The notes: generated by a model from the letters alone, not told the origin. A DNA stretch of 64,000 nt from the human T2T-CHM13v2.0 reference genome, Homo sapiens (GCF_009914755.1 NC_060939.1), one strand, 5' to 3'; numbered from the stretch's first letter, positions 18,294 to 32,890 are shown. Numbers and translations are program-made.

Positions 18294-18421
18294 GGATGGA
18301 TGGATGGATGGATGGATGGATAGAGTGGATGGGTGGATGGGTGGATGGATGGATGGATGAATGCATGGGTGGATGGATGGATGCATGGGTGGATGGATGG
18401 ATGGATTGAATAGATGAATGG
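18294..18421. repeat. (GGAT)n microsatellite, degenerate
   Basis: ggatggatggatg array. Confidence 0.95.
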
Positions 18422-19109
18422 GAGGAAAATGTTTACAGATAAAAGAAAAAAATTTCCACATGACACATGATCCAGTTAAGACTGTGTGAAGGGGAGGTTT
18501 GCAAGACATGTAATGTAAATTGAGGATTCGGGAGTTTAGAATCTAAGAATAAAAGGTTTGGCCAACAAGTTACACTACCATTGCTTGCCTGTGCTGCAGA
18601 ACCATTTATAGTGAGCAGTTTATTGATTTGGTAATCATTTCTCCTAGCATGAAGGTAAAATGGTCTCTAGGAACCCTTCACTGACGTGTACAAGGACAAC
18701 TGTGTTTCCTTTTATTTAGAGTGGACCAGGGAAAAATCAGAAGAATTTTCTTCAGATAGTCTTACAAAGTGAAAACCGGGGGATCAGGTAACGGATAGGA
18801 AGTGTGATTCATGACTTGTGTGCGTGTGAAGTGGAATTCAGTATGTGGCACCAGCCGTCTCTCTACATGATGAAATAGCACGAATACTTAGCTCCTTCTT
18901 ATGTAGCAGAGACATTTTTCACATGTGCTGCAGCACAGGAATAGGGAGAAGTTATACCTCTAAAATCATTTGGGGATTGAGGGTACATCAGATGCCTGTG
19001 TGTGGACAGTACTTTAAAGTGTAAAGTTCAGCAATGGGATAAATCCATCGGAGCAAATTCAGTAACTACCATAGTCTATTTCCCCAAGCTCAAATTATTT
19101 TGACACCTT

Positions 19110-19625
19110 CATGAAATATTCTGGTACATATGAAAGTTACATAGGTAGACACAGGTCACAGGAGTTTGCTGCACAAAGTATTTCATCACCGAAGTATTAA
19201 GCCCAGTAACCAACGGTTATCTTTTCTGCTCTTCACCCTCCTCCCACTCCCTCCCTCAAGTAGAGCCCAGTTTCTGTTGTTTCCTTCTTTGTCTTCATAA
19301 GGTTCTTATCATTTAGCTCCCACTTAAAAGTGAGAACATGCAGTATTTGGTTTTCTGCTCCTGCATTAGTTGGCTAAGGATAATGGCCTCCAGTTCCATC
19401 CATGTTCCTCTAAAGACATAATCTCTTTCTTTTTTATGGCTGCATACTATTCAATGGTGTCTATGTACCACATTTTCTTTACCAAATCTGTCATTGATGG
19501 GCATTTAGGTTGATTCCATGTCTTTGCTATTGTGAATAGTGCTGCAGTGAACATTCATGTGCATGTGTCTTTATGGCAGAATGATTTATATTCCTCTGGG
19601 TATATAACCATAATGAGATTGCTGG
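19110..19625 (-). mobile_element. L1PA15/16-like 3' fragment
   Basis: tatttcatcacc...ttatcatttagctcccactta...gtgagaacatgcagtatttgg...ttgctattgtgaatagtgctgc. Confidence 0.85.
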
Positions 19626-21578
19626 AAAGAAATGTAGTCCATGGTTCTTTCCTCCTCCCACCCATCCTCCCTCACTAATGTAGGATGGTAACCCATAGAA
19701 AAGTCTACCCCCTACCCCCACAAACATTATAAATACATTTGCACACCCAGATATGCCCAATTAATTTTGGAAGAAACCAGGAGTGTTCTCACAAGTACAT
19801 ACCAAAAAATCCAATATGTTACCACGTGTCATCTGCAATTTTATTCTTCCTCTCCTATGACAGCCCTCTCTACTGACTATCCCTGGAACACATCCAGAAC
19901 GTATGAAGAAGGGCCCTCTCTCCCTCAATATCCTCTGCATGCTCATATCTGCTCAAGGCCCCAATGTCTTGCAGACTGTTTACTGAGCCATCACTTTCAA
20001 TATAGATGGCTCTCTACTTTCCACCATAGCACTCAGACATGAATCCAGTTGAGACTGGGCTGGCAGACAAATCCAAGTAAAAATACAGCAAGCTTGACTC
20101 AGAATGGCTCTTCCTCACTGATGACTCAGTTTTTGTTACTTGGCCAAGGTTGTTCTCTTTCTTTAAATCTGATTCTCTTCCATTAGGGTGAATTATATCC
20201 TAGGGGTGGGGGACTCCTCACTCCCTCAAACACATCATCTCCTGGCAGGTCCACCCCACAGTTCCCCAGGCACACCGAGGCAGGTCTGAACCCCAGGGAT
20301 GGGCCCAGCTGAGGCTCCGTGTGGGATCCCTGCTATCATCATCAACAACAACCTTTGTTTTAAAATTAGGCCAAAAAAATATTTTAATGAATTGTTTAGG
20401 GTTGCAATCTGAATCCTGACAGTATTTAAAATACCTCTTGTGGGAAGAACAAATGTTTCTAAAACCTAAAATAGACAAATTGCACTGGCCTACTTTACAA
20501 CAAGTCCTAACAAGTCATCAACAATAAAAACTTCCCATTTTCTTTTGGCCTTAACCAGACTAGGAAAGCACTGAGCTTTGGTTTGCAATTTTCCACTGGT
20601 CAAAAGAGAGCACTTTCTTGAATCACAGCCTACAGACATAGGCATTCTATGGCAGTTTCAAACTCTGGGGTTTTTCCCCCCAAAAGAAGGGCCACAAATA
20701 ATCTTTCTGCTCATGGTTAATAAATTTATCATTTGAAAGAAATGTATCTTCATGGATAGGATCAATGACTTCTCTAATGAAAAGCACATTTCTATACATG
20801 TTCCTAACAAGATCTCATGGAGGGCCCATGAACGTTGAAGCAGCTGAAGCCTGCACAGCTTTCAAAACTAACTGCTTCCAGGTGCCCAATGAATACAACT
20901 TGAGCTCAGCTACAGCTATTTTCAACCTAGTGCCTAAGCGTCTTGTTCTTGCAAGTGTAAAGTTTCCCTCATTCTCCTTTTTATGGCCACAGGTTTCTGG
21001 GTTGCATAACACCCAATAAGAGAGCACCAAAGGGCTTAGTTTTATTGTTTTGTTGTGTTTTATTGACTAGATGTTTTATCCAGCTAATGTGTGCTGGAGA
21101 GGCAGGCAATAACAGCCCAATTATATCACTCATGCTCTTCCTCTCCTCCAAGTGCCCAGCGACCTAGCACACTTTTATTGCATCCACACGCAGATGTTAA
21201 AAAAAGAAGAAAGGAACGAAGGAGGACTGGTTAAAGTGTTAAAGCTGGAACCGCTCCTTTCCCAAGTGATCCTTGAAGGCCAAGAGCCTTCCAAAGAATG
21301 GCAGTTTGTTCCTGCTTGCGGTCATGGAGTCAGTCACCAGATCTCGTCTTGGGAAAAGAATGCTGTTGCTCTTTGGAGAAACGCCAGAGGAAACATTCTC
21401 CCCATTGGGAGGATTTGGGACTCCAGGATTGTGCCAGGAGTGCCTAACAATCCCTGAGTCTTTCTGCCAGCCTTGCAAATTCGATGGCATTTCAGTAAAG
21501 ATAGAGGAGTTCACTCACACCCACTTAGATTTCTCAGTTATTAATTTTCATAATGTTTTAAAATAATTCATAGGAAAC

Positions 21579-22024
21579 TGTGTAACCAAAGGTTTATTTT
21601 TTTGGAAGACAAAGTAAACAATTTTATGACTGAATAAGCGTTAAACCAGAATGCGATGTGCATCACAGGCAGTCCACTACAAAGACAGAATCTTACTCCC
21701 TTGTACAGCTGAGTGGCTTCAGCCCATCACATTAGTTAGGTTTTGCAATTTGGAGTCAGGTGACAAGTTAGGCCCTTGTCCTACCAGGAAACTGAAAGTG
21801 TGGGCCATATGTCCCTTGAGAATTACATTTCAAAGAGACAGCTCCCAGGAAACATTCCTGAGTTGAGATTGGTCATAGGTTTATTTACCCATTAAAAAAA
21901 CTTGCATATATTTGAAAAGGAGGGAGAATAAAATTCTGAAAGAGAAAGAGAGTGGTATGGAGGGGACTCTTAATTTCCACAGGGAGAAAAAAGCCCAATA
22001 TTTAATTTGTATTTGCCCTTCTAC
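21579..22024 (-). mobile_element. ERV1 solo LTR, MER67/MER31-like
   Basis: gaataagcgttaaaccagaatgcgatgtgcatcacagg, ttacatttcaaagagacagctcccagg, ttgtatttgcccttctac. Confidence 0.55.
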
Positions 22025-22419
22025 GTGCATCACCTTTCCCATGTGCTAGTCCCACAGGTAGGTTCCTGTCCATTCCCAAGGCCCTGCTTCCCTGTCTTCT
22101 TCAACCTGGTTCTTCCAAGGCTATGTGGCTGCACTAGGAAGACCCTGCATCCCCGCTGTACTCAGATATTTCCCCTCTTACCTGTACAGCCATCGTAGGG
22201 GAAGCCATCCGGGGCTCAGCACACTTCTCCCAGCTGGGCTGCCAGGGCTCTGTCCTGTTCCATGCCCTTTTAGCTGTGGGGCCCTGGAGAGATTACATAA
22301 CTCCAGCCTTCAATCACTAAAGGGGTACCCAAGGGCAGTGGAGCAACTTCACTGAGTGGACACACAGAATCCTCATGATGCCTCCAACCCTCCCTGCCCC
22401 ATCAACTTAATCAACGCTT

Positions 22420-22600
22420 TAGAATCAGAGAGGGTGGGATTCAAATCCCAGCTCTGTCACTTCCCAGTTCTCTGATCGTGAACAAATGGCCTAAGCTCTA
22501 AGCTTCAGTTTCCTCATCTATAAAATGGGAATCATGTAACTCGCCTCAGGGTTGCTGTGAATATTTAATAAGATACTTACACAGCACGTAGCATATCACC
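22420..22600 (+). mobile_element. MIR
   Basis: ttcaaatcccagctctgtcact...cttcagtttcctcatctataaaatggg core. Confidence 0.8.
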
Positions 22601-24233
22601 TGAATTCACACCACTTGGTAGTATATTATACTTTTTACATCTTTATAAACAGATGCATTCAATTTTTATTCTTTGCTTGTCATCTCTTGTTCCATTAAAA
22701 GTATACCTGTGATTTTACACCCTCTTGTTAACATTGTTTTCATTGCATCATCATGTTGTACTTTTAGCCATTTCATCATTGCTAAATATCTAAGATTTCA
22801 CTAATATCCATGTAAACAATGCTATAAAATGCATGTTTGTGTGCAAAATTAATCAGCTTTAATTATTATACCCTTAAAATAGATTAACAGATGAGGACTT
22901 ACAGGATCAAAAGTTATGAATATCTTTAAAATTCAACACATATCACAAAAATATTTTCCAAGAAGATTCTCCTTACATTTTACAACAATGCTAGCATCTC
23001 CTATCAGCCATCAGAAAAGGGAAGAAATAGCCCAAATTTGACTTCTTTCTTTTATGAAAGATTTGTGTTTGGACATTAGGTTCACATTCCTTTCTACATA
23101 GCAAGAAGAACAGAAAATAGTGGTAACTATGCAGCTAATAAAACTTATCCATAAGATTGAAAGAAAAGTAAAACCAAGCTGTCTGAATATTTTCTTAATT
23201 CTCTACATTACATTTCCAGACATAATCTCAATAGCACAGAATTATCATTTCTACATTTTAAGGTCCAAATGTTTTCATCCTAAAGTAAAAAGAGTTCCAA
23301 GCTAAGGCATCCAGCAACCTGATGGGGTCTTCAGTACTCAGCAGGTAGAAGAACATGGGTACCCAATAATGAATTTGAAGGTTGTGTAGGAAATGGGGTT
23401 TCCAATATGACCATTGATGTAAGGTTATTATCACAGTGGAATAGAGTTTACAAATGATCCATCTCAATATTTTTGTAAGTAAGTAAACTGAAACCAAGAG
23501 AATGCAAGGGATTTGCCCAGTTACAGGATTTGCCTAGTAAGTGACAGAATAAGGACCATCCCGCAAGCAGTGCTTGCCCAGACTGTCTTCCTCTACATGG
23601 CAGCATCTACACCACCCTAGGTGATGATCACCACCACTTTCTGATGATGATCACACATCCCTAGAGATGGCCTGGTTCTCAGATCTGCTATCCACCTAAT
23701 GGAGATATCCTCATGGGAACTGAGAAATAAGCCCTGATGAGGAAAAGCAGTAAATCATTAACTGACATATCCATGTATTAGGATAATATACTATTGGAGC
23801 CTACTTTATCAATGGGAGGCAGACAAACCCCTATATGCTTGCCATTGTTTACTGCCTTGTTTAACTATATCAAATACAAGGCTATTTCTTATGTGAGTTG
23901 ATGAATCAGTAAGCAGTAATTGTCCCAGGGGGTCTTATTTTCTTTCTTTTCTCTCCACTCGTCTTATCTTACAACAAAAATTATTTAGTTTGTCCATGAG
24001 CTCAATACCATACAGACACCTTTGAGTTTTCCAAAAATATGCATCCTTTGATACATTTGCCTTCCATATATTGTTTCAATTCAAAAGACAATGAGTCATT
24101 GTAGGTGATCTGGAAATAAATATAAACAAGCTTCATATCACTTTAAAATGAATTTTTATTTCAGATTCAATATTATGAGTAAAAATACCTTTCATCTGTT
24201 TAAGATTTTATAGGTTATAAAAAAGCGTATATG

Positions 24234-24517
24234 TAGTTGACCCTTGAACAAAGTGGGGATTGGAGGCACCAACTCCCTGCTCCCCATTCAGTCAAAAATC
24301 CACTTACAACTTTTGACTCCCCAGAAACTTAACTATTAATAGCCTACCTTTAAATGGAAGCCTTAACCAGTAACATAAACAGTCGATTAACACATATTTC
24401 ATATGTTGTTTGTATTATATACTGTATTCTTACAGTAAAGTAAGCTAGAGAAAAGAAAATGTTATTAAGAAAATCATAAGGAAGAGAAAATACATTTACT
24501 ATTTATTAAGTGGAAGT
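24234..24517. mobile_element. Tigger2-family DNA transposon fragment
   Basis: TIR-like tagttgacccttgaaca, acttttgactcccc, aacagtcgattaacacatatt, aagtaagctagagaaaagaaaatgttattaagaaaatc; one end only. Confidence 0.85.
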
Positions 24518-24519
24518 AT

Positions 24520-25068
24520 CAGAGAAGACTGAGTAGAAGCCACAACTTTCATGACTACCAGCTGCTAATAAGCCCCCACCCCACACTGACCTGTGGGAGC
24601 TGGAACTCCCATCCTGCCCATTTACAGACAGGAAACCTCTCCCCCTCTTCAGGTATCAACAGAGCTGAGTGGGGAAACTTGACTTCTACCTCGCCTGGTA
24701 AAAATAATATATAATATATATATTATATATAATATATATGCATATATATTATATATAATATATATGCATATATATGTAAAAAGACTGATAAAATAGGCTT
24801 ACATAAGATCCAGGGTCTTATAACTTAATATTAAAATGTCCAGAATTCAATCAAAATCACTTATCATGCCAAGAACCAGGAATATCTCAAAATGAATGAA
24901 AAAAAATCAACAGATGCCAACACCGAGATGAAAGAGATGTGAGCAATATCTGACAAAGATTTTAAAGCACAATAAAAATGCCTCAATGAGCACTTATAAA
25001 CAAGTTATAAACATGCTTGAAACATGAAAAATAGAAAGCCTCAGCTAAGAAATAGAAAGTCTTGGCAA
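24520..25068 (+). mobile_element. Ancient L1M 5'/ORF1 fragment
   Basis: aagaaccaggaatatctc...tcaacagatgccaacaccgagatg...tctgacaaagattttaaagc. Confidence 0.65.
24705..24776. repeat. (TA)n-derived palindromic repeat
   Basis: 26-nt unit atatatattatatataatatatatgc, about 2.5 copies. Confidence 0.9.
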
Positions 25069-27064
25069 AACACATCTCATTGGCCAGAATTGGGTTAGTT
25101 CTGGTCAATGAGATGTGTTCTGCTAAGACGATTACTAACTCCAGGGGGTTAGTTCTCCCTTGGAGTTAGTAACCATCCGTGGCTACAAAGGAGTCTGAGA
25201 AAATGCCTTAGCTTCCTAGCTTCTTGAGTAGAGGAAAATGAGGCAAAACAAGGTTTGGGGATAATAAATCCATGCTGTCTTCCACAAACCTACTTGCAAA
25301 ATATTTTTACAACCTGCTGTTTTATTTTAAATCAACAAACTAAAGTTAGCTTTTCTGTGTATCTTCTTCTCCGGTTCTTCTGGTGTTTGTTGTGTAAACT
25401 TGTGTATTTGGCCCCAGTCCTTTGTGGAAAATAATAAGAAAATGAATCATTACCTCGCAGTTGGGTGATGATTAATGATTATTGATCAATGGTCTCTGTG
25501 AGAAAATACTATAAAGACTGGAATCCTTTCACTTTCACATTGATATTTTAATGACTGATTTTAAACAAGCTATTAAAAGGTTAATATTTCAGAGGAAATA
25601 TACAGATGTTTTTTGAAACTGTCATACCAAAGGCTGTGTGTTTGCTATGACAGCAGAGGCCATAACAAACCTTTTTTCTAAAGTGGCTATGGAACACATC
25701 CACTCAAACAAATTAATGTTCCCCCGACTGTCTCCTATTGCCAGAATGACATCACAAGTCAATTTGGATGGAGAGGCACTTTACCACTTTATAACAGATG
25801 AGCACAGGCACCTCATTAAAAAAATAAAAAGTGGGTCTGCATCACTAATATTTACCAAAGGGGTAGGGGATGAACGGAGAGTGGAAAAATACCTGGATAT
25901 TTCTAAGAACAGAAGAAGCCCCCATGATTCCAAACTGAAGCCCTTGTTTCATGGTGTGGGGCTCAGAACAAGAAAGCTGCTAATTTTTTTTTTTTAGAAA
26001 TTAATAAGAATAAAAAATGTAGTGAAAATATTTTGCTGATTACATATCTTATGAGGTTGTGTGTTAATGCACCTTCCAAAAGTTTAATTTGAGAAAAAAT
26101 GTATTTATAATATATGGTGCTTCGAATACAAGTCGCAACAGAGTGAGGTGCTGTTGAGGGAGAGGTTAGTAATGATGGGAAATCAGGCAAGGGGTTTTGC
26201 CTGGAAAAAAATAAACTAGAAGAACAGGCAAGTGGAGAGAGACTTTTCTAGAAGGGGAAGTAACAGCCACTGGATAAGGGTGATTGTGCTCAGAATCACC
26301 CCCCACTGGCCTCTGAGGGCGTTTACCTTGCCAGATGGGTGAGAAAGGCCAGGGCTGTGAGAAAATGTGTCCTGCCCTTGGATGGTCTCCCTCAGGGCTA
26401 AGGAGAGCTGGAGGCCTGCTTCAGGTCTTCAGGTTATATCTCTTTGAGTGCAAGTTACAGAAACAGCCTCCAGCTACCAAAGCACTAAAAAGAATGGAGT
26501 TGCAAGGGCCTCATCTCAATAAATCAGCACCACACATCTTCCTTCAAGGTTTAAATGCCCGGGAGAGAGCACCTGATCAGTGTCCTGTGGGCCAGATGCC
26601 CACCAGCTGGCCAAGGACTTGATTAAGACTAGAAAAATTGTAGCAGTGACCATCGTCACTGCTCCGTCCAAAGATGGAGTCATTAATGCCCCATAGGCCA
26701 AAAAACCAAAGATGTCCAGTACGCTAGTACAAGTCTCAGAGGAGTAGGCTAATTATGAGAAGGTCAAATCAGAGAATTTGGAGTTTAAGATGAATTGGTC
26801 AAGTTATTTTCAGTCAATGGAGTTAAAAATGGAAATTAGAAGAAGCAGGCAATGAACACCACCAAGAAAGAGGAGAAAGTAGGTTGCCCATGGTCTTATT
26901 CTTAGCACATGTGCCAGGCACTGTGCCATGAATTTTATGGGCATTACCTCTTCCATCCTTACAACAACCCCGTCAAGGAAGTACTAATATTTATCCCTAT
27001 TTTACAGATGAAGAAAGTAAGCTTCGAAGCTCTTAAGGGATTTTCTTAAAAATCTCATAATAAG

Positions 27065-27530
<466 letters not shown>

Positions 27531-28989
27531 TCACACAACAAGTAAAGAGATGAGGGAAGAAGCTGGGGGTCCGCGAGAGCTGACCCTCTTGTTAAGAGTC
27601 GCAGAGTTAACAAGTAACAAAGCAAATGCACAGACCCATGTAACTCCATCCCGCTCCCTTCCTTGGCTGTCTCTCACACGCCCAGCCCCGCCACTGGAGT
27701 TCTGTGTAAGATCTTTTTCTTGGAATACAGAATTGGCTCTGTTGCTAAATATACAACAAACAAACAAATATTTGTAAAACCTCTGATAGGTTTTAGACAC
27801 TTCTAGATTCCAGCCCCTAAATGGATGGCAGGCATCATATAGGGATTCTATAATGTATTGCTGAAATGTATGGGCAGAAGCATTCTTTGACAAGAACTGC
27901 AGTAACAGAAAATGACTTTAGCAAGTATTTTATGCTACAGTGGCAGGGGGATGGAATCTGTATTTGGTTAAATGTCCATGTTAATTCCTTACAATTTGCC
28001 TGTTGCTACAGTATATGACTCACTGAGCATATTTTCGTTTTCAATCCTAAGCATAGTAACGTATTATATAGTTTAAAGTTGAAGTTTTTAAAGACAGAGT
28101 CAAAATTAAAACCATTTTCATAAAAGGCAGAAAATTATTACATGTCATCTTGATGCTTTAAACTATATATTTAATGTTTTATTTTTTATATCAATTATTG
28201 GTATGAAATGTTATCTATTTGGCACTTTTTTTCAACTCAATGCACTCAAACTATATTCTTTAGTACTCATATTAATTGGAAATATCCCACTATATCTGAT
28301 TTTGTGTGCAGGAACTGTGCTCTTGTAACAATGACAGTATTCAATTTTTAAGTCTTTTCTATATTATTGTATAGGGTATAATTTGTGCCCAAAAGCTTTT
28401 GTTAGTATTTCTACAAACTGTGATTCTTTTATGTGGGTTTCATTACACCATTGATCTCCAAAAACTGAAATGCATGCCCATGTCTCCCCTGCCTTTACTA
28501 AACAGTTCAGCTTTCAAAATTCCTGTTTCTGAGTCCACTGCAACCAAAGGATTCCTGCCTCTGGCTGTGACACCAAGGAGCTCACATAAAGCCTTTGGAG
28601 GGAAAAGGATGCGGAACAATGGGTCTGTGACTCCTGCATTTTATTTCTGGAGTTTCTCTGATCATTTCTAAATGTGAGATGCAGTAGAAGAATCATAACT
28701 GAGGGTTGGAAATTCAGGTCTCCATGGCTAAACTCCCTGGGTCACAGTCTCTTCCTCTGTGAAATAGAAATAGCGAGTCTCGCCTCTCAGCTCTTTGGAT
28801 CTCTGTTCTAGCAGAAGATCTACAATCTTTTGTGACTTTTTAAAAAAGAATGTGAGTTGTGAGGGGAACTAAAATGAAGTTGTGATACTACATGTTTAGC
28901 AAAACTATTAAAGAACATTTGCATGATGCTTCACAGGTGACAAAGCCAGGTCACATGCATGTTCGTATTTGAAGGATTCAATACTCCTG

Positions 28990-29225
28990 TCTGGCAGAGA
29001 GGAGAGGTAGCTAAGAACGTGGGTTATGCCCTGCCTCCACTGTCAATAGCATTTTGACTTTGAGCAGCTTACATAACTGCTTTGCACCTCAATTTTCACA
29101 TCTCTAAAATGAAGATTGTAATAATGCAAACACCTTGTTGGGAGGATAAATTGAGTAAAGACACATACGCATAAAAAATGTCAAACAGCACACGGTGTTT
29201 GCTCAGTGTTTATATGGAAGCCAGC
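28990..29225 (+). mobile_element. MIR
   Basis: gactttgagcagcttacataac...cctcaattttcacatctctaaaatgaagat. Confidence 0.7.
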
Positions 29226-29306
29226 TGTCATCACTATCATCGTGACCATCATTATTATTATGCCGACTGTGCTTATAGGGAGTCTAAGGTTCTGAATGGT
29301 AGATAC

Positions 29307-29718
29307 TGTGGATTGCCTCATGCAATTCCCATCCCAGCCTACTTCCAGTATGCCTCCCTGAAGTCACAGTCTGCAAAGCTAAAAACACTTCCCAGAATCC
29401 ATTAGAATAGAGCCCTAAATGATTTCTGTTCCACCATTCAGATAAATTCAGGCAAGGCTCAAGGCGTTTACTTTAATAGAGGGGAGTCCAGCAGAGGAGT
29501 GTGATTCCGGAGCTGGCATGACCATATACAGGCAGAAGTTCCTTAGATGACTCAGTCCAGTGGCATGGCTTTTGGGGGTGCTCTCAGAAGCACAAGCTAA
29601 AGTTTGTTTCTTTTACACTCCCTATGATATTATGAGCTATGTATGTCTCTTAATCTATCTCATTTTCTTAGACCAGGTAGAGAGGATTCTGTTTGTCTGC
29701 TACTAAGAAGGCTGGTCA
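29307..29718 (+). mobile_element. Old ERVL-type LTR (LTR16/LTR41-like)
   Basis: gcaaagctaaaaacacttcccagaatcc and ggattctgtttgtctgctactaagaaggctg termini. Confidence 0.4.
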
Positions 29719-30405
29719 TTCTGGGAGGTAAAACCACTTTAATTAAATCATAGGCATCAACTGTAAAGGATCAAACCAGGTTGATGACTCTTACGTTAGT
29801 GCTCATTTTACTACTTTAGCCAACTTTAATCCAAATTAATTCATTAAGTCTGAGACATGATTACATTCTTCCTCTAATCCAGGAACTGTGCTAGGTACTA
29901 GGAATGTCGCTGAGTTAATATGCAGCTAAGTTACTTGCCCTCAAAGAGCTTTTAATCAATAGAAGGGACAAAACTAAAGCAAATAATAAATATAATATGT
30001 ACAGTAGGAACATAGAGAAAGTAAATATATCAGGAATTAGTAGGGTGGAATTCTCAGGTGAGGGGGACAGAAAGGATAGATGGGGAGGAAGTAATTATGG
30101 CCAAAGGGAACAGCCCGCACGCACAGAGGCTCAGAGGGCATAACCGTTCATGGCAAGGTTGTTTTAATATTCAAATAAAAATCAACATGATTTTATTTCA
30201 AGATTGGGTGCCTTTAAAATTGTACATCACAACTGTTTCAACCACCTTGGCTCCATTTATTACAGCACATTCAAGCAATCAACATAGAAGCCATAGGCTA
30301 CTAATTAGTCAAATAAATGCACATGGCTATAAAGCTTTTTGGATTATTTAATCACATTAGTATAAGCTGTCGTTCTCTTTAGAGGAACACCAGAAGCCAT
30401 TGTGA

Positions 30406-30713
<308 letters not shown>

Positions 30714-30836
30714 TCCACAGGTATTCTTGAGTACTTGCAATGTGCCATGTGTTGCTCTAGACTAGGAATGCAACAAAATCCTTGCCCTGGAGAAAATGAC
30801 ATTAGCTTTTTGTTTTATTTTTCTTAAAAGATTCAT

Positions 30837-31139
30837 GGCCAGGCATGGTGGCTCACGCCTGTAATCCCAGCACTTTGGGAGGCCGAGGTAGGGGGATCAC
30901 TTGAGGTCAGGAGATCAAAACCAGCCTGGCCACTTTGGTGAAACCCCATCTCTACTAATAAAAAAAAAAAAAAATAGCCATTCCTGGTGGCGCACACCTG
31001 TGATTCCAGCTGCTTGGGAGGCCGAGGAAGGAGAATCACCGAAACCCAGGAACTGGAGGTTGCACTGAGCCGAGATCATGCCACTGTACTCCAGCATGAG
31101 AAACAGAGTGAGACTCAGTCTCAAAAAAAAAAAAAAAAA
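30837..31139 (+). mobile_element. Alu (AluS/J)
   Basis: Complete dimer with expanded middle A-tract and poly-A. Confidence 0.95.
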
Positions 31140-32339
31140 TTCACTGACCACTAGTAGGAAGAAGAAAATGTTATAACTTCTCCTCCCCATGCCTTTGCAG
31201 AACTTTGGACACATATTATTCTAAATAACCCTTATTTCATTCCTGACCCTGAGGTCAACATTCCAACTGCTAACAGGCTTTCCGTGCTTCCTTCTCTACT
31301 CTCTTCCTTGCCTAGCCCTAACACTTAAGCATCTCTCAAAACTTTCTTTTGATTGGTTCCTCTCCCCTACTTTCTTATACTGATTTCTTGCTTAAGATCT
31401 CAAGAAAAGTCTGTAGCATGTTGTGATGAAATTAAAAAAGAAATGGGAGTCAGGAATTCTAGGTTTCTACAGCTGTGAGACAGTTATATCCCTATTCTGG
31501 GACCCCAAGACTCTAATCGGAAAATGAACTCACTGAGATAGATGACCTCCCAAATTCCTTCCAGTACTGACAATTTGAGTGCTTGTGCCTCTGTGGACCA
31601 GGGGAGCTTCTTTCAGATGCAGTTATAATTGTGTTTGCAGAGTATAATTGAGATGGAACATGAGCCATAAAACATTTGTTGTTTAAATTTGTTTACAACC
31701 AGAGGAAATTGAACTAAGGATAGAGCTTCTCCACTTCTGATCTAAGGAATTCAGGGGGAAAAATCAGACCAATGCTGGAAATTCCCACTATAGAAGCATC
31801 TGGAGATCAACTGGATGGAATAAATTGTATGCACAACCCCTATAGAATAAATAACTAAAAAATTGATTGCTATTCCTAGTGAAACATAAACGTAATTTTA
31901 TAATTTGGCCAGCTGGTTTTTAACAGGCTTCCGTCATCATCTTGATATAGAATATTTTTTTCAAATCTAAAGCAGAATAACACAAGCTGAAATTAAATTA
32001 CAATGCAGCCTGGACATCATGACTTCCAGGGACTGATGAGGGCAGAGAAGTAGTCAGAAAACCTGGTTCTGCATCTGGTTCTGCATCCTTACTTGTTGTA
32101 TAATTCTAAGTAAGCCACTCAAAACTCTGAATTCATGCCAACCCTAGTCACAGGGCTGTTGTGAAGTTCAGTAGAGACCACAAAAGTGAGATAGAATTTT
32201 GCAGGCTGTAAAACACTGTACCTCTTTGGGGAATTCTTATTGTCTAAGAATCCAGAACATTCCTGTTTTATCTTGTGCTTAAGAGGGACTTCAATGCATG
32301 GGTCTTCTGTTGTTCCAGATATTGAGCTAAGGGCTTAAA

Positions 32340-32480
32340 ATATATTTTGATTCTCAAACAGTCCTCCTATCCCCATTTTATAGATGAGGAAACTGAGATT
32401 CAGAAAGATGAAGTAACTTGTCTAGGTTCACCCAGCTAGTTAGTAAAAGCAGAGTCAAGACTCAAACTCAGATCCGACTG
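32340..32480 (-). mobile_element. MIR
   Basis: ccccattttatagatgaggaaactgag...aagtaacttgtctaggttcacccagctag. Confidence 0.8.
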
Positions 32481-32890
32481 GCTAGCACAAGTAGAAGTTT
32501 GTCTTGTTTACGAATGCATATCCTTTTCAAGGTAGAGTCTCTTTTTCAGAATAAGACTTGAGGATTCGTTATTGGATTTCCAAGTGATAAAGGAGGCAAG
32601 AGCTATTATTTGTCTATGAATGGTCCAACTCTGTCATTTTCCCAGGCTGCACGTTTCCAGGATCTTCTCAATTCCTATAGAAAAGCACTGTGACTTCCTC
32701 CCAGGTCTCACAGGTGCTGGCCTTTCCAGATATCACACGGAGATTGCAGTATCGTGGCCCCTTAGGAGTACCCTACACATTTCCATGACTGGTCAGCCAT
32801 ATTGGTCTGAAGATATTCAGCTCCCTGGGTTATCACCATATTAGATATTTCCCATGGGCATAGATTTAGAAGAGAAAGCCTCTTGGTAAG

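Noticed and set aside
25638-25997. 119-aa ORF in unique DNA
   Set aside because: No recognisable domain, non-ATG start, no clear splice sites; length compatible with chance
32065-32088. 12-bp tandem duplication tggttctgcatc (also a 16-bp one at about 44531)
   Set aside because: Ordinary slippage with no further structure
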